A stretch of DNA of 64,000 nt, from positions 14,716,534 through 14,780,533 of the forward strand of contig CM120644.1 in NCBI GenBank assembly GCA_051362555.1, written 5' to 3'. Position 1 is the first letter of the stretch. Every line of letters starts with the position of its first letter. The notes under the pieces were generated by a model. It saw only the letters and a list, made by a program, of their open reading frames with translations. It was not told the DNA's origin and searched no databases. The position numbers and the translations under genes are program-made. Of this stretch, positions 33,731-47,131 are shown piece by piece. The DNA is from Lingula anatina (Eukaryota; Animalia; Brachiopoda).

Positions 33731-36315
33731 CTTCGCCTTCTATTTCTATATATCCTTAACTTCCACCTCACTCCCCGTCTTTTTCTTTCCCAACGGGACT
33801 CGTTCTACACTTCTCTCGTTCTTATTGCTCTGGGGAACAACTCCGCGTCGCGTCCGCCTCCTCATGCCTGCGGTCCGTCCCCAGTATCGATACAACGGCG
33901 TCTGGCGCCAGCGTCCCATCAGTTTTTCTCTTGCAATCGTCTTAAGGGAACGCAAGTGTTGATAAATCTAAATCAATGCTCTCTTTTAATGGCAATCCAT
34001 CTGAAGGTGCCGAAGTTAGAACGTTCCGGTCTCTTCAATATCGAGTTAGGGATTTTCAAGTATATAAGATGTCTGTAATGAGTGAAGACGCTGTTAACGT
34101 TTTAATGGACAAAAATAAGTTTTGTATAAAGTATTTAGAATATACGGGGTAGATACACTGTCTTCCCTTGATTTGAAATATTTATGAGTGGTCTGTTTTG
34201 TGCGGAATTGCTGCACATCGTGTGGGAAATAATTTCTGATCATGAGACAGAAATATAGGTTTAATTGGAAGAACAAACGTTATTATCATCATTTTGTTTG
34301 GAAACTTTCGTAAAAGGCCAAAGTTCATAATTTTTTAAAGATTTTAGGTAGGGAAACGGAAGGAATAAATGCTCCCTGCCCACTCTCTCTCTCTCTTTTT
34401 TTATTCCAGTACATTTCATATTTAATTATTGTTGAATTCTGCGAGATGCTTATTATATGCAACCATGTGTCTGCCCCATTGAGAAAAAAATGAGAAGAAT
34501 GAAGAATTTAGAAATAGAAAATAAACAAACATAAAACAATAAATTGGAGAGGGGTAAAAAGGAGCAACAAAAACAACAAACAAACGCCATTAAAAGTGAA
34601 AAATTAAGATAATTGCCTTCTTGTTTTTGTTTTTAGTAGATAAAGTATGTTAAGAAATGTTAGAAGCAAACTCAATTTTTCTCGTGTCTCTAAATTCGTT
34701 CACAGTTTGATGGACCCGAAGCAAGATCAGATAAATTACCTTTAATACTGAGTGTGGCAACGAATATACAACACACAAATGTGCATGAAAGCAGGAGGCT
34801 TATCGTCGGTCACTTTCAGATTGAAATTAAAAAAAAAGTAATTAAACAATAACAACAGCGGAAAACAAATCTTCCAAACTAAAAAAAAAGTTTATTAACA
34901 TGAAATGTACAAAAATAGTTACTTTTAACAATTTCTTTCAAAACAAACGGTATTCCTTTTTTTTTCAAAGTGTTTAACGCATTTTTTTTCACAAATACCT
35001 ACGGGCACCAAAAACCTAGACAGGCAGACGACAAGAAGTTCGATCCTTAGCAACAAGAATGGGCCACCTACGTCATCAAAAGCGCGAAGCACGTGAAACC
35101 CTCCATCTGCAGGCGAGGCTTAAATCCCAACTGATCTCAACAAGTGGCGAAAATCCGTCTGAACCGTTATTAACTCTCTCAGAAATCAATGCCGGACACA
35201 ACACGCCAGTATGTTTGATTGGCGTGTTAATTAACATGTGTTTGGACATAATGGACGCGGGTGAAGGTGTGGACTGGACAGGGAAAGACACGCGATTTGA
35301 GTATTTGACAGAACGGACCTGGATCAATGATTTGGAATTTTGAAAAATACAGATTAAAAACTACGAGGTTTATTCCTTTTTATCAGTCATACACGATGAA
35401 TTGTCTTTTTTGTGCAATAGTAATATGAATTCGGACAAATAATGGGTAGTTGGAGGAAAACACAAAAAATAAAAAAGAGGAAATGAAAGAAAGATAGAAA
35501 GAAAGAAAGAAAGAAAGAAGGGAAGAAAGGGAAAGAAAGAAAATGTAAGGAGGCAATATGGAAAGAAAAAAGGAGGGACAAAAATTACACCGTATAATGC
35601 AACACTGTTTCAAGTCGTTGAATAATGGAGAATGTTTTGCTCAATCATATTTGTTTATGTTTAAAGATGATAGTATTTTGAATCTAAGTATCGCCTGATG
35701 TATTGTTCATAAACAAGTTCTTCTGGAATGATATCCCTGTTTAGCATGTAATACAATAATTAGTCATGGAAACCATTAACTTTAACATAAATGCTTATCA
35801 TTGAACGTATATAAAACGTATATTGAACGTATATAAAAAAAATCATATTTAGCACGTGAGATTACATGTATTTGTGTCTATATCCTAGAGCATTTATCGC
35901 CTTTCCTAAAATAATCGCAAATATAGAAAATACAATTAATCCACGTAATCGAACGTACAGAATTGATATCAAAAACTCAAAAATCTAGTGCATTTTCGAA
36001 TTAACACTGTAACCGGATCGAGTAACGAAATGGTTACCACGGGAAAATTGTAACGATAAAGCAAGTACTGTAAATATTCTAGAACGCTAGCGAAATTCGT
36101 TGATTAACCCGGGTTACAATCTAGTCTATATATCCTTTTTTTGTGAGGGCCGACCCGGCGGTAGTTATGTAAGTAAATACTGCATACGTGTCGTTCGTGT
36201 CACCGGATTTACGTCAACAATGTTCGAATTAAGAGATCGATCAAGATGTCCCCTGACGCACGGCTATGATCAACGGATCACGGAAGGTTGAATGATAGAA
36301 TGATGGTTCTGGTGA

Positions 36316-36317
<2 letters not shown>

Positions 36318-36363
<46 letters not shown>

Positions 36364-36413
36364 GACAGGTCGTGAATGAGATTTTAAGCCACTGGAAATG
36401 CATACACTCGGAT

Positions 36414-36475
<62 letters not shown>

Positions 36476-36730
36476 GACTACGACGACGAAGACAATACCA
36501 ACAATTACAAAACAATAATGATGATGGTGATTGCCAAAGTTTCCAAGTCTTTAAACAAAAAAAAAAACAAATAATAATAATAATAATAATAATAATGATA
36601 ATAATAATAATAATAATGAGGACTACGACGACGAAGACAATACCAAAAATAACAAAACAATAATGATGATGGTGATTGCCAAAGTTTCCAAGTCTTTAAA
36701 CAAAGAAACAAATAATAATAATAATAATAA
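36318..36730. repeat. (CT)n and (TAA)n tracts plus a ~146-bp tandem duplication
   Basis: atgaggactacgacgacgaagacaatacca...gtttccaagtctttaaaca occurs at ~36471 and ~36616, separated by (TAA)n. Confidence 0.92.
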
Positions 36731-36952
36731 TACATGGGCTGTTTGAGTTTAATAAAGCCAAAGTTACGTCTAACGGAGGTGTAGGATTCAAGTTCGGGCA
36801 TCTTGAATAAGTTTGAAAGCTCATGTAAACACTGCATGGGATGTTAGTAGGAGTTTCTTCAAAATAAGAATAAAGAAATGTTAGAAATATTAACAATATA
36901 AAATAATGATAGTTAAAATTCACGCCCATTTAGTGTGGAGCCTTGTGTGTGT

Positions 36953-36983
<31 letters not shown>

Positions 36984-37261
36984 TAGGGGACACGCAGGAA
37001 CACGCGCAGAAGAAGAATAGCCCATTATCAAACTTTTGAATCAACCAGAACATAGGACGTCATTCATTCATTCATTGCTTAGTTAACTATTATTTTACCC
37101 CAGCAGGTTTCAGTTTTTACGCTCAGCTATCAGGAACCAACCGTTGTGTTATCGACATAACTCTGCCCTTAGAAGAAACCACCAGGGCATATGCTTATAG
37201 AATGGGGTGTGATAAATGTCAGTCCTAACGAAGAATTATTCCGAGTTTCAACTCTGAAACC

Positions 37262-37263
<2 letters not shown>

Positions 37264-37313
<50 letters not shown>
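37264..37313 (+). repeat. Poly(A) tract, ~50 nt
   Basis: Direct inspection. Confidence 0.95.
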
Positions 37314-37315
<2 letters not shown>

Positions 37316-37679
37316 CGCCGTCTACCTACAGTTAAATCTTACACGGAAAAGTATTTATTTAAGACTCCATTCCCATATACACCATCAGCCAACGTAGATA
37401 GACTCAACTCTGCAGGGACAAACATAAGTTATATTTTTGCGCCGTTTGTGTTTTCCCTAAAGTTTTCTTATTGAAAACCTACTGAAATAAACTTTACATT
37501 TAAAATGCAGACAAGTGCACAAAATATACCCATGCAAATTATTTACCTAAACCAATTCCCCTTTTATTTCCAACAGATTGTAATGTGTTGTTCTTTTTCT
37601 TTTGTTTGGTGAGAATAAGATTATTAATTAATTAATTTCATTCATATCTGTACTACTTTTTTGGTCGCATCATTTATCG

Positions 37680-37974
37680 ACAAAACGGCAAACGATAGAG
37701 TGAAGCAAACAACAAGGTCGGTAAAATCAATGAATGGCGAATCTTTTATGAAGAAACGTCGGTGAAAAATGCACGGGTTGACAAAGAGATTATTTCTAAT
37801 GTCGAAGCTCGCGTCTAGTGCAGTGACTTTCACCCAGAGTGCGTGGCGGAGGGATCGATACTTCATTTGCGCGCGGAGGGAGGAAAATGGAACAGCCCTT
37901 ACGATCAGATGGGATAGAGATCGAGAGTGTAAACATGTGGATGTGAATATTCGGGCTTAAAATTTTTTATCAAA
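37680..37974 (+). promoter_or_regulatory. CpG-rich promoter / 5' UTR of the ERG channel gene, containing a 19-codon uORF (37887-37946)
   Basis: Locally dense CpG immediately upstream of the ATG at 37975; AAAATGG..TGA uORF. Confidence 0.6.
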
Positions 37975-38050
37975 ATGCCTGTAAGACGTGGCCACGTCGC
38001 CCCACAAAACACCTTCATCGATACCATCATTCGGAAATTCGACGGCCAAA
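37975..38050 (+). CDS. KCNH2: First coding exon of an ERG (ether-a-go-go-related, KCNH2/6/7 subfamily) voltage-gated K+ channel; encodes the PAS-cap
   Basis: Translates [25 protein letters not shown] plus 1 nt, vs human h[28 protein letters not shown]. 76 coding bp, CAAAATG start context and a perfect phase-1 gtaagt donor. The symbol denotes the subfamily (co-ortholog of KCNH2/6/7). Confidence 0.95.
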
Positions 38051-40601
38051 GTAAGTGGATGTTTTACAATTTTATTCCAGGAAAAAATTTTGAGAGGAAA
38101 ATGATAATAATCCGCGCTGACAGGTCGTGATTCTCTGGCTTTGCCGCTGTGTGGTTGTGTTCACTATCTACGTTCCGGAGTCTGCAGTGTTTACTCTGAC
38201 TTTGAGCTGCTGTTATAATGTAAACTCCACAGTGGATTACAAGCCGATCAATGCACCTTTGTTTCTGACTGTAACGTACACGTACGAAATCGAGCAGCCG
38301 TACAGCTTGAATCAGGCAGGGATTTCTAGTTCACGTACTGCAAGCAGTTTTCTTTTCAGGGTGTTGTGTGCATGGGTTATTTACCTCGCGCAAGGTGACT
38401 CGCTGAGAATGTTGCTCTTCAAACTTTCTAGGTTAGGTTATATACCAGACACTTCTAGTTATAATTCTCTTTTTTCCTAACCGTTAAAACACACGTGCAT
38501 TGCAAAATAACTGCTAACACCAACATTGGGTAATAGTATATATGTTTGACAACCTTATGTAGCTAAACAGTCTGAAAGCCTTTTGTAATGGAAGAACTGA
38601 GTACTGTTGCTGCCAGTGGCCCAGGTTTCACTTTTGAAGTAAATGCCCCTTTTGTGTTTCACTTCATGTCACCACTCAGATTGACTTTCTGTGACAGCAG
38701 ACCTGGAGTTGACTAAAAAAATTAGCTGTCTCTTTCGTGTGAAAATTAGCCTATGCAGTTACGGAAGATCTTGGAAGCCATTACAATAAGCAGAGTTACA
38801 TCACTCATTACATTAGGCTTGCAGACATTACTCATTGCAGTGGATGTCGATATCATTTCTTGTCCATTTCAGTGGATGTCGATATCACATCTTGTTCATT
38901 TCACCAATGTCCATTTCACTGGTTGTCCATTTCACATAATGTGCAGTATTGACGAGAAGGTGTATTGACTGTTTCCTAAGCCTATAAATGCTCTGCAACA
39001 ATTACCTAGTCTAGTCTGGCTTACAGAATGTAAAGATAAAATATTACAGCTAGGCGTATTAAACTAATTCCATGTGATTAGCCCCCTCTGAGGTTAAACA
39101 CACTGATTACGAGCTCTCTGTGTAGCTCTCGTGGCTTGATAACGGTGACTTAAGATTTAATGCACAGGCTATGCATTATATGTCATTGAATGGATTAACC
39201 CTTTAATCAATGCCTTCAGATTCCAAGAGACCGTGTTGTTTGTATAATAGGTATATGTAGATGTACAAGTAAAATATAGGCTGGTGAATATGTAGAGCTG
39301 ATTGTATAGGTATTCAGCTTTTTTTACGGCAAAGATTTTTCTTGCTGATATACATACAACTAGTAAACAAATTCAAAATTATCTATACTTAACAACATGA
39401 TTTGAACAACTTTAACCCTTTCTCCAGCACCCCAGGAGGTTTTGCACTTCACTTTTGTGAATAGGTGTAAAATATGCTCCGTTTATCTTAAATCTTGGGT
39501 CTGTTCTCAAGCTTCAGGTAAATCAAACAATTAACCTTTCATGGACATTAACCTTAGTGTGTTTACCTATTCTTCATGAGTGGCCTATTAATAACGACAC
39601 CAGTTAACTCTTTGTGTGTGGAGGCGGTACTGCGAGGTACCTTCCTAATGCCAAGAGTCTATACTGCGTGAGTGGGGTGCTGAAGGGGGATTGTGCCCTT
39701 CAGTTATGCTACAGACTAGACTGTTGGTAATTTCTGTGAAAGCATGTAGTAGTTAAGTAAGCATGTTTCTCTCTCTCCCTTTCTCTTGTTTTTGCTTCTT
39801 TCTTTCATGTTTTTTCTCTTCCCCTCTCTCTTTCTATATCTCTCTCTCTCTTGTTTCTTCCCTCTCTTCTTTCTAGCCCCCCCCCCTCTCTCTCTCTCTT
39901 TCTCTCTCATGTTCACCCCTCATTTGAAACAATTTAAAATGAAGTAGGCCACTACCTTTGGCCGTGGATATACTTTAGTAATTTTGTGGATTTTGCTGCC
40001 CCCATCCCTAATCTGAAGTGCATGTAAGCAGTAAGTGGGAGTTTGGGTAAATGAGGGAACACTTTGTTCTCCACAGCACGAACCAGACAGTTGATTGCAA
40101 TCAAGCTGTCTACCTTGGGAAAGTACAGTCTTACAGGCTGCTGTAAAGGTTGTGCTGAATGCAACCTTTCAAGGCATGTACTGTTGGTCTTTCCCTCTCT
40201 CTTTGATCCTCCTCTCTCTCTCTCTCTCTCTTTCTCTCTCATGCACACACATATATTTGTCCTGTGCAGCACTGGATTTTGCAGTCTATGTATCTGACAC
40301 TTCCCTCTCTTGCCAACAGTAAGCTTGTCATTTCACTATATATATTGCAATGTCAGTGAAAAGCTTCCTATATGCAGGGTGGTCAACACATTGCTGAATT
40401 AACTGTTTCTACTTTTGTCTATTGATTCCTCTGAGTTGCCAATACCAGATGGTGGCCTGTGTTAAAAATAACACTGTTGACAATAGTCCAGTAATTTTGT
40501 CCTCCATCATGCAGGTAAGCAAATACCTATCAAATATTAAAGACCTCTCTTGTTAAATTTTGTTTCAATGTTCAGCATGTTTATACTGGCCTGCACTTAG
40601 C

Positions 40602-40731
40602 ACACACATTAACACACACACACATTAACACACACACACACATTAACACACACACACACACATATTAACACACACACACACACACATTAACACACACACA
40701 CACATTAACACACACATTAACACACACACAT

Positions 40732-40762
<31 letters not shown>

Positions 40763-40796
40763 TTAACACACACACACACACATTAACACACACACC
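40602..40796. repeat. (CA)n microsatellite periodically interrupted by TTAA
   Basis: Repeats of cattaacacacaca. Confidence 0.95.
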
Positions 40797-40825
40797 AACT
40801 TTTGTGCATAAATGCAATCCACATT

Positions 40826-41078
40826 CAGGCCTACCGAACTACCAGATTGGCACATAAGGATCCTGAATTAACCAGTATATCGGACCACACTACTAGTACC
40901 CGCTTTCAAGGTGTGTGTCAGATTGCATTTCGGACTATCCGAAAAATTTGTCGGTCATCCTACAAAATTTGTTCTGGGGTATGATACTCCGAAATGCGAT
41001 CTGATACACACCTTGAAAGCGGGTAGTGTGGTCTGATATACTGGTTAATGTGCCGAGTCTGGTAGTTGGATAGGCCTG
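40826..41078. mobile_element. MITE with ~110-bp TIRs, CAGG termini and a 5-bp TSD
   Basis: ACATT|caggcctaccgaactaccaga ... tctggtagttggataggcctg|ACATT. Confidence 0.88.
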
Positions 41079-41106
41079 ACATTGGGCACTTTGCAGTGTG
41101 TGTATG

Positions 41107-41140
<34 letters not shown>

Positions 41141-44100
41141 TGGGGGCCAAGTTAACACCCAATCTCTTTTGAGAACCTCCTTTATCAGAGTTGCCCAACT
41201 CGCTCCCATAATGCTTCTTTACTCCCCACCAGAGGTCCCTCTAGCTGTTGCAAAATTGGTTTAATTAAGAAACCTATGATGCTATATTATATCAGCTAGA
41301 GCTGCCTCAGGTAGAGAGTAAGGATGCTGTATTTTAACCTTGAAACTTTGTAGAGGATTACAATGCCTGAAGAATTCTGAAACCTAAGCTGGTCCTTCAT
41401 CCTGAGTCTTTTGAAAAAAAGCATTGACTGAGTATTTACTGTCAGTATTTTGAAACTCAAGTTGGTGATAACAGTCCGTAATCCCGCCTCCAAGTATAGG
41501 ATCATAGTGTACCATTAGGATTATGTTATCCCAGGGTGCCTGAACAATAATTACACAAAAAGTCTAATAATCCAAGAGTTTTTTTTCAACTTATTCCATC
41601 GCAGGTGGTGAGTGAGCCCTTCTGGTTAATATTCGATCGCCGCTTTGGGCTCTACGTCCTTTGGGATGAAGTAATTGGTGCAAAACACATAAAACACATT
41701 TACATAAATTGTCTTTTTCTGTTATTTCGTAATTTTTTTGCCGTGGGCTGGATGATTAGCAAACAAAGACAAGAATAGTGCATTAGGTTTGGGTAGTATT
41801 GTGTGGATAGTTCTTGTGTTTTATCTTCTACCACAAGTAAAAACAGTGGATTTTTTTGTATATAATTTAGATGTCTCTATTTATTTTAGATGAGAAATGC
41901 AGGTTGAACCACAGGCAAAATTTGAAGTTGGGAAAAAACATTTTCTTTGGGAGAATTGATTTATGTGACATTATGTCAGTGTGTGTATTCTGGCCCAGTT
42001 TGCCTCTAGAAAGCTGTTCTTGTGAACAGGTATTCAGGTATCTTTCAAAGCTTAAAAGCTATAATTTACTGTGTTCTATTACATGCTTAGTTGCCGAGTG
42101 AATATCATGTAGTTAAATGGATGACTTTTCAAGTTTGTTTTTGAAATGAGACGATTCAAACGTGATATATATTCAATGCCGCGATTCTAAAGATCAAGTT
42201 GACTTTTGTCTTTGGTTGCAGTAACACACATAGCCGTTGGCAGCATTGCTATTGCATTTCTCGCAGCTGGTTGAGTGTGTGCACGTGGTTACGCAATAAT
42301 CGATGATTGTCAACGCATTATTGCTACTTAATGCCTGTGTGTGCATAGACAGGGATTTGTGATCACCTCTGGCTATGGGCGTCTGTGAATGAAATAGGGT
42401 GCGTTCAGATTGCTAATAACACCAATCATTTTTGGTTCTGCTATCAGGAAGTTGTCGCTTGCTTGTGATCCATAATTTTGTAATAAACTGTTCTGTTACC
42501 CTGAAGTTAGGATTTAAGAGAGGGCGAGATAGCATGGTGAGGAATTGTAATTGAACATTGACTTATATTAAAATTATTTGCAAAAAGAAACAGTCAGTGG
42601 GATAGCATATGGTGAAGGATCCAAGCATCAAGCATTGAAATTCTTGTCTTTATTATTTAAGTCAAAAGTGCTTTCTTTCCATAGAACGGCAACTCGGCTT
42701 TAGTTTAGTTTATGTGAGAACTGCTTGGAACGCATACTCACACTTCCTGTCACGGTTTGCTGTTGGCTCTACTGACAAAAGGAAGAGGGGCAAGATCAAT
42801 AAGTCAAGTGATGGTTGTGAAGTATATGCTTGATTGATACAGCTCTTTTATTTTATATATTATATAACTTTCATGGTGAATTGATTATAAATTAAAATTG
42901 GTGTGTTGGTATTAGAGATGTGAAATGGGGATGGTTTGAATGATTATTGGTTACTAGTATTCTGTACCTTTGAACAGAACTGATTAATGTTTGCCAATAT
43001 GGTTTATTTGTTGTCATGATTTTGTGAGCAATGTTGAAAAAATAAATACTGTATGGTAAAGTCAAATAATGAAGTTTATTTGGTGCTTGAAAATAGTGAG
43101 ATATTGAAATATTCATATACTAGCCATTTTCTTTATACAGTTCAAAAAAGAATAAAGTTATATCTTCATAAAAAATTAATCTTCAAAATGACCTCATGAG
43201 AAGTGGAAGTAAAGTGGAAAATGAGAGCGTTACTCGATGCAAACAATTTGAAAGTTAATTGCTTTATCGATAATGTCTTATTACTACCATTAGTACAATA
43301 TCTCACAGCCTTTGTGCTGTTTAGTTCAAAGTCGTCTCGGTGAAATGAACCGATTGATGTTTTGGCTGCAAGTTGCATAACTTTGACCGCACCTAACATA
43401 AAAAGATAATAGATTATGCAGTGCATTCGATTGCCTCTATTCCATGTTGTGGGATAGCTTGTTACACTGCAATTGATTTGCTTTCATGCAAGCGAAAACT
43501 CTGACAGATGAGAGACGGGAGGCCATAAGCTTTAGAATGAGGAGACAAATAAATTTATGCCTGTTTCTGCTTGCCAGATATTGTGTATAGCTTGGTTCTG
43601 TCTTTTTTTTTCCAGTGGAATTGTATAACTATTTTTAAGCAAATAAATATATATATATATTTTTTTTTGGATAAAACTCAACAGTTATGCAAATTAGACA
43701 GAAAAATCCGGCACAAACAGAAATCCTACAATTGGTCCTGGAGCCGCTTTTAATCTGGATTTTAATAAAAAAATATTGGAACACTACTAGTAACTCCTAG
43801 TGGTTAGCACCTGGTAAAATCCCTTTCTGCACAGATAGCACACATTAAATCAACCATGTTCTTCGTTTCTAGCATTTTTACAGCTTTTTTTGTTTTTTCT
43901 TCCAATTAGTAAGCTGACCCATACATTTTAGAATTGACCCATTCAAAAAAGTGCCAGTGACACAATGTTCAAATATTCTGATAGGCTGTCATAATATCAC
44001 TGGAAACAGATCAATTGACTTACGGTCCAACTTTGCTAGACAGGTCACTGAGTTAGGCTGTCTTAACCATGCTGGAAATGCATCCTTAAAACTCCCTTAG

Positions 44101-46189
44101 TGACACTGATAATAAAATATGTATGACAGTACATTAGTGTTAATGTAACAGAGGTGGCAAAATCCATATCGCCAGCTGAGACTAAGTGAAGGGCAGTATT
44201 CTCCTTGAAACCTAATACATTTTTTACAGCCTGTCCATGTTTTTTTATCTGTTATATGTGAGATGTTTGTATATATAAAGGGAAGTGAAGAGAAAAAAGG
44301 GATATGTATGTATTTTATTTATTTGGGGGGGGGGGGGGCTTCGGAGTTGCAATGAGCATGTGTGATACAGTCTTTTGAAACTTCAGGCTGATTTAGTTTG
44401 AATATAATGTTAAATTTTGATGTGAAATTTCTTTCAGAATGAAAACAAGTTGTAGTTTGTAGGGTACTAGTACTTGTACATACTACTTCTTTGCCTTGGC
44501 TGCATTGGTGAACATTTTATTGCACTACCCCCCCCCCCCCCCCCCTTCTAATGCCGTCAGTTCTCCATAGTGATAAGTGTGCTGTAATAGTTGTTCACTA
44601 TTGATTAACTAGCTAAATAAATAGATTGGTTAAAACATTTATCAAAAAGTAGTTATCACATAATCAGCCATGGTATTATCCACTTAGACTGTCTTTAATA
44701 ACGTGACCAGAAAATAGCCTAGGACTGAGCTTTGTACTGGTGTGAAATTGAAAACAAAACAAAAGCAAGTTTTTTAGATGTCACTTTGTTTTACAGCAAG
44801 GTCCCAGCAAATTGCTTTTTGTTTACAAAGAGAGATGAGTCCCATAGGTAGAAGATGATCTGGATGTCACAAGCAAAGTTCTGCGATGTCGAAGATTAAA
44901 CTGTCATGTTATTAGATTAAGGAGAATGGTTTAAGCTATTAGAGAATCCTGTAAAGTTGATTCTTATCCTGTTTCTTTGTATAATTTAATAAGACAGGGG
45001 TAAGTTTCCCATGAACATTTGCTTCAGTGTTATTATGGTGGAATTTGAAGCTTCAGAGCATGGTCTCGGAGGATGGTGCACTGAAGGGGAATCACCCAGA
45101 GGTTAAATTAAGTCACATTTTCTAGTGCAGGACCTTGTATCACATGCAAGACTTTTCTCCAGAGAACCATCCAGCTGCCATTTGGACAGTCATTAGCCTC
45201 ATTTTGGGTACCTTATGCCCCAAGTCCTGGTCACATGATATTTATTTTCGAAAGTCAACAGCTGTCACTCTTCAAGCTTAATAATATGACTGTTATTATT
45301 AAATAGCATTATAATTATTTTGTCCTCGTGCCAAACATGAGTTAAAGTTGTTATCATATGCAGACATTTAGAATTTATGAATATCTACTAGTACTGGTAA
45401 CCTAATACACAAAGAATTATTGGGATGAACAAAGAATATTATCAAGTAAAAAAGTGTACAATTAGTCAATGCAGAGTACTAGTAGACAGTTTTAATGATT
45501 TGAAGACATTTTTAGAATTTCACAGATATGAACTAGTACTCATTCTTTTTTTTTTTTTTTTTTTTTTGCATAGGGCAGTGTAGTCAAATTCTTCTCAGTA
45601 TACGAGGCTGAATAGTAGGTGATTGCAGAAGGTATTAATCTGATACTACATATGTGGAACAATAGCAGTTGTGAAACTGAGAATAAAAAACACGAACATT
45701 CTTTGCAAATTGTAAATTTGCACACCTGGTGCAAGCATGCAATATCGACATTTTTTGTTTAAAAAAGTAGATTGGTGTGTGTTGAAGTGTCAAAAATCTC
45801 TCTTGTGAATTTTCATCAAATATTGACGCTGTGAAGCGATACAGGTAGATAAGGTGTGCGGACATTGATAAGTGTAATTGCTCAGCGTACTTGGAATGAT
45901 TTTTGTGGTAATGTAGAGAGAGAAAGAGAGTAATTGATTTTTCGAGTTCTTATTGACATTTTCTAAATCTGGAAAAATAAATCGGGCAACTGGAGTATTT
46001 TATCTCAAATTAAAACATTATTTTCAAAGCAAATTGGATAACGTGCATTGATTTCTTGCTGGAGGTTATGAGTTTAGATTAAAAAATGATGTATGCAGTT
46101 TGAATGATAAATACATTTTGTCCTTAATATATTTGAAGGTAAAACAGGACATCAAGAGTAGGTATCACATTTGAGAAGTTTTTACATTC

Positions 46190-46263
<74 letters not shown>
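46190..46263. repeat. Compound (GT)n(AT)n(AG)n microsatellite
   Basis: Direct inspection. Confidence 0.95.
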
Positions 46264-46265
<2 letters not shown>

Positions 46266-46581
46266 AGAAATTATACCAATGATTTTTAAAGTTACTGAAA
46301 ACAATCTGAAATATAAAAACGGAAAGTTAAATGTTCCTTTCATAGTTTATTTAAAAGTTTACTAAAAGTCATTAAAATAAAGCGTAATACTATCAAGATA
46401 TGATAAAAAAGCTGCACATCTCAGCCAATGCTTCTCAGGGCATAAGTCATGATAATCTCATGTTGTATTATCTCTGGAATTAAGCCTGTATAATTCATGG
46501 TTTTCTGTTTTCCCTTTTCATAATTAATACTTCAATTATGTTCTCTGAAATGGACTGTGAAAGATACACAAATGAGTGTTA

Positions 46582-47029
46582 GTGCACATTCCCACTGAAA
46601 CTATTGGTTCTACATAGATCAATCCAACTCAGTGGGGACTCTCACTGAGTGCAATCGGTTTTACAAAGTGACACGCTGGAGTAGAAGACTGAAAAACTGT
46701 GATTATACAAGTACTATACTATTATACAAGTTAATCCGATTGCTTTCAGCAAGAGTCCCCATAGAGATGAATGGATCTATGTAGAGTGATACACCCCATT
46801 TCCATAGATTAAATCGACCTACTTTAGATCGACCTAACACCCTGGGGGTTCATGCTAAATAGCTGTCAGCCGGGCGGACATGAAAGTTAATTACCTCCTT
46901 ACAGCTTGTAGTAGGCGGAACGGACATTTAAGTCGGATTATCTGAAAGTAATCTAGTGAGACTCCCCGTGGGGATAGATCGATCTAAAATCTATGGGAAT
47001 AGAGCCTTAGTTTCATTGAGAATGAGTCC
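46582..47029. mobile_element. Harbinger-type MITE (TTA TSD) with a nested MITE in its right TIR
   Basis: TTA|gtgcacattcccactgaaacta..ctacatagatc ... gatctatgtag..[insert]..gtttcattgagaatgagtcc|TTA. Confidence 0.8.
46792..47006. mobile_element. Harbinger-type MITE, same family as 9810-10024
   Basis: Colinear homology over the full length, with the same termini (cacccca / gagcc). Confidence 0.9.
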
Positions 47030-47131
47030 TTAGAATTTTTTGGCAGTTACTGCATGTTCCTGAAAATGTCCACACTTTTCCTGTGCTGTCTCAGATTAAC
47101 CAGTAACCATAAACCTGTTTTTGGGGTCTAA

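Noticed and set aside
32850-33962. ORFs with SLSLSL / ERERER / CVCVCV runs (also ~36288, 39716-40322, 46171, 56622)
   Set aside because: Translations of microsatellites.
37020-37313. Possible retroelement 3' end with poly(A) tail
   Set aside because: No TSD, second copy or coding similarity visible.
40449-40514. Possible internal exon (ataccag|...atgcag|gtaagc)
   Set aside because: No similarity to the expected ERG exon 2 and a weak polypyrimidine tract; unsupported without transcript data.
40602-40796. Regularly spaced TTAA repeats suggestive of a CRISPR-like or piggyBac array
   Set aside because: Spacers are pure (CA)n in eukaryotic context; simple slippage repeat.
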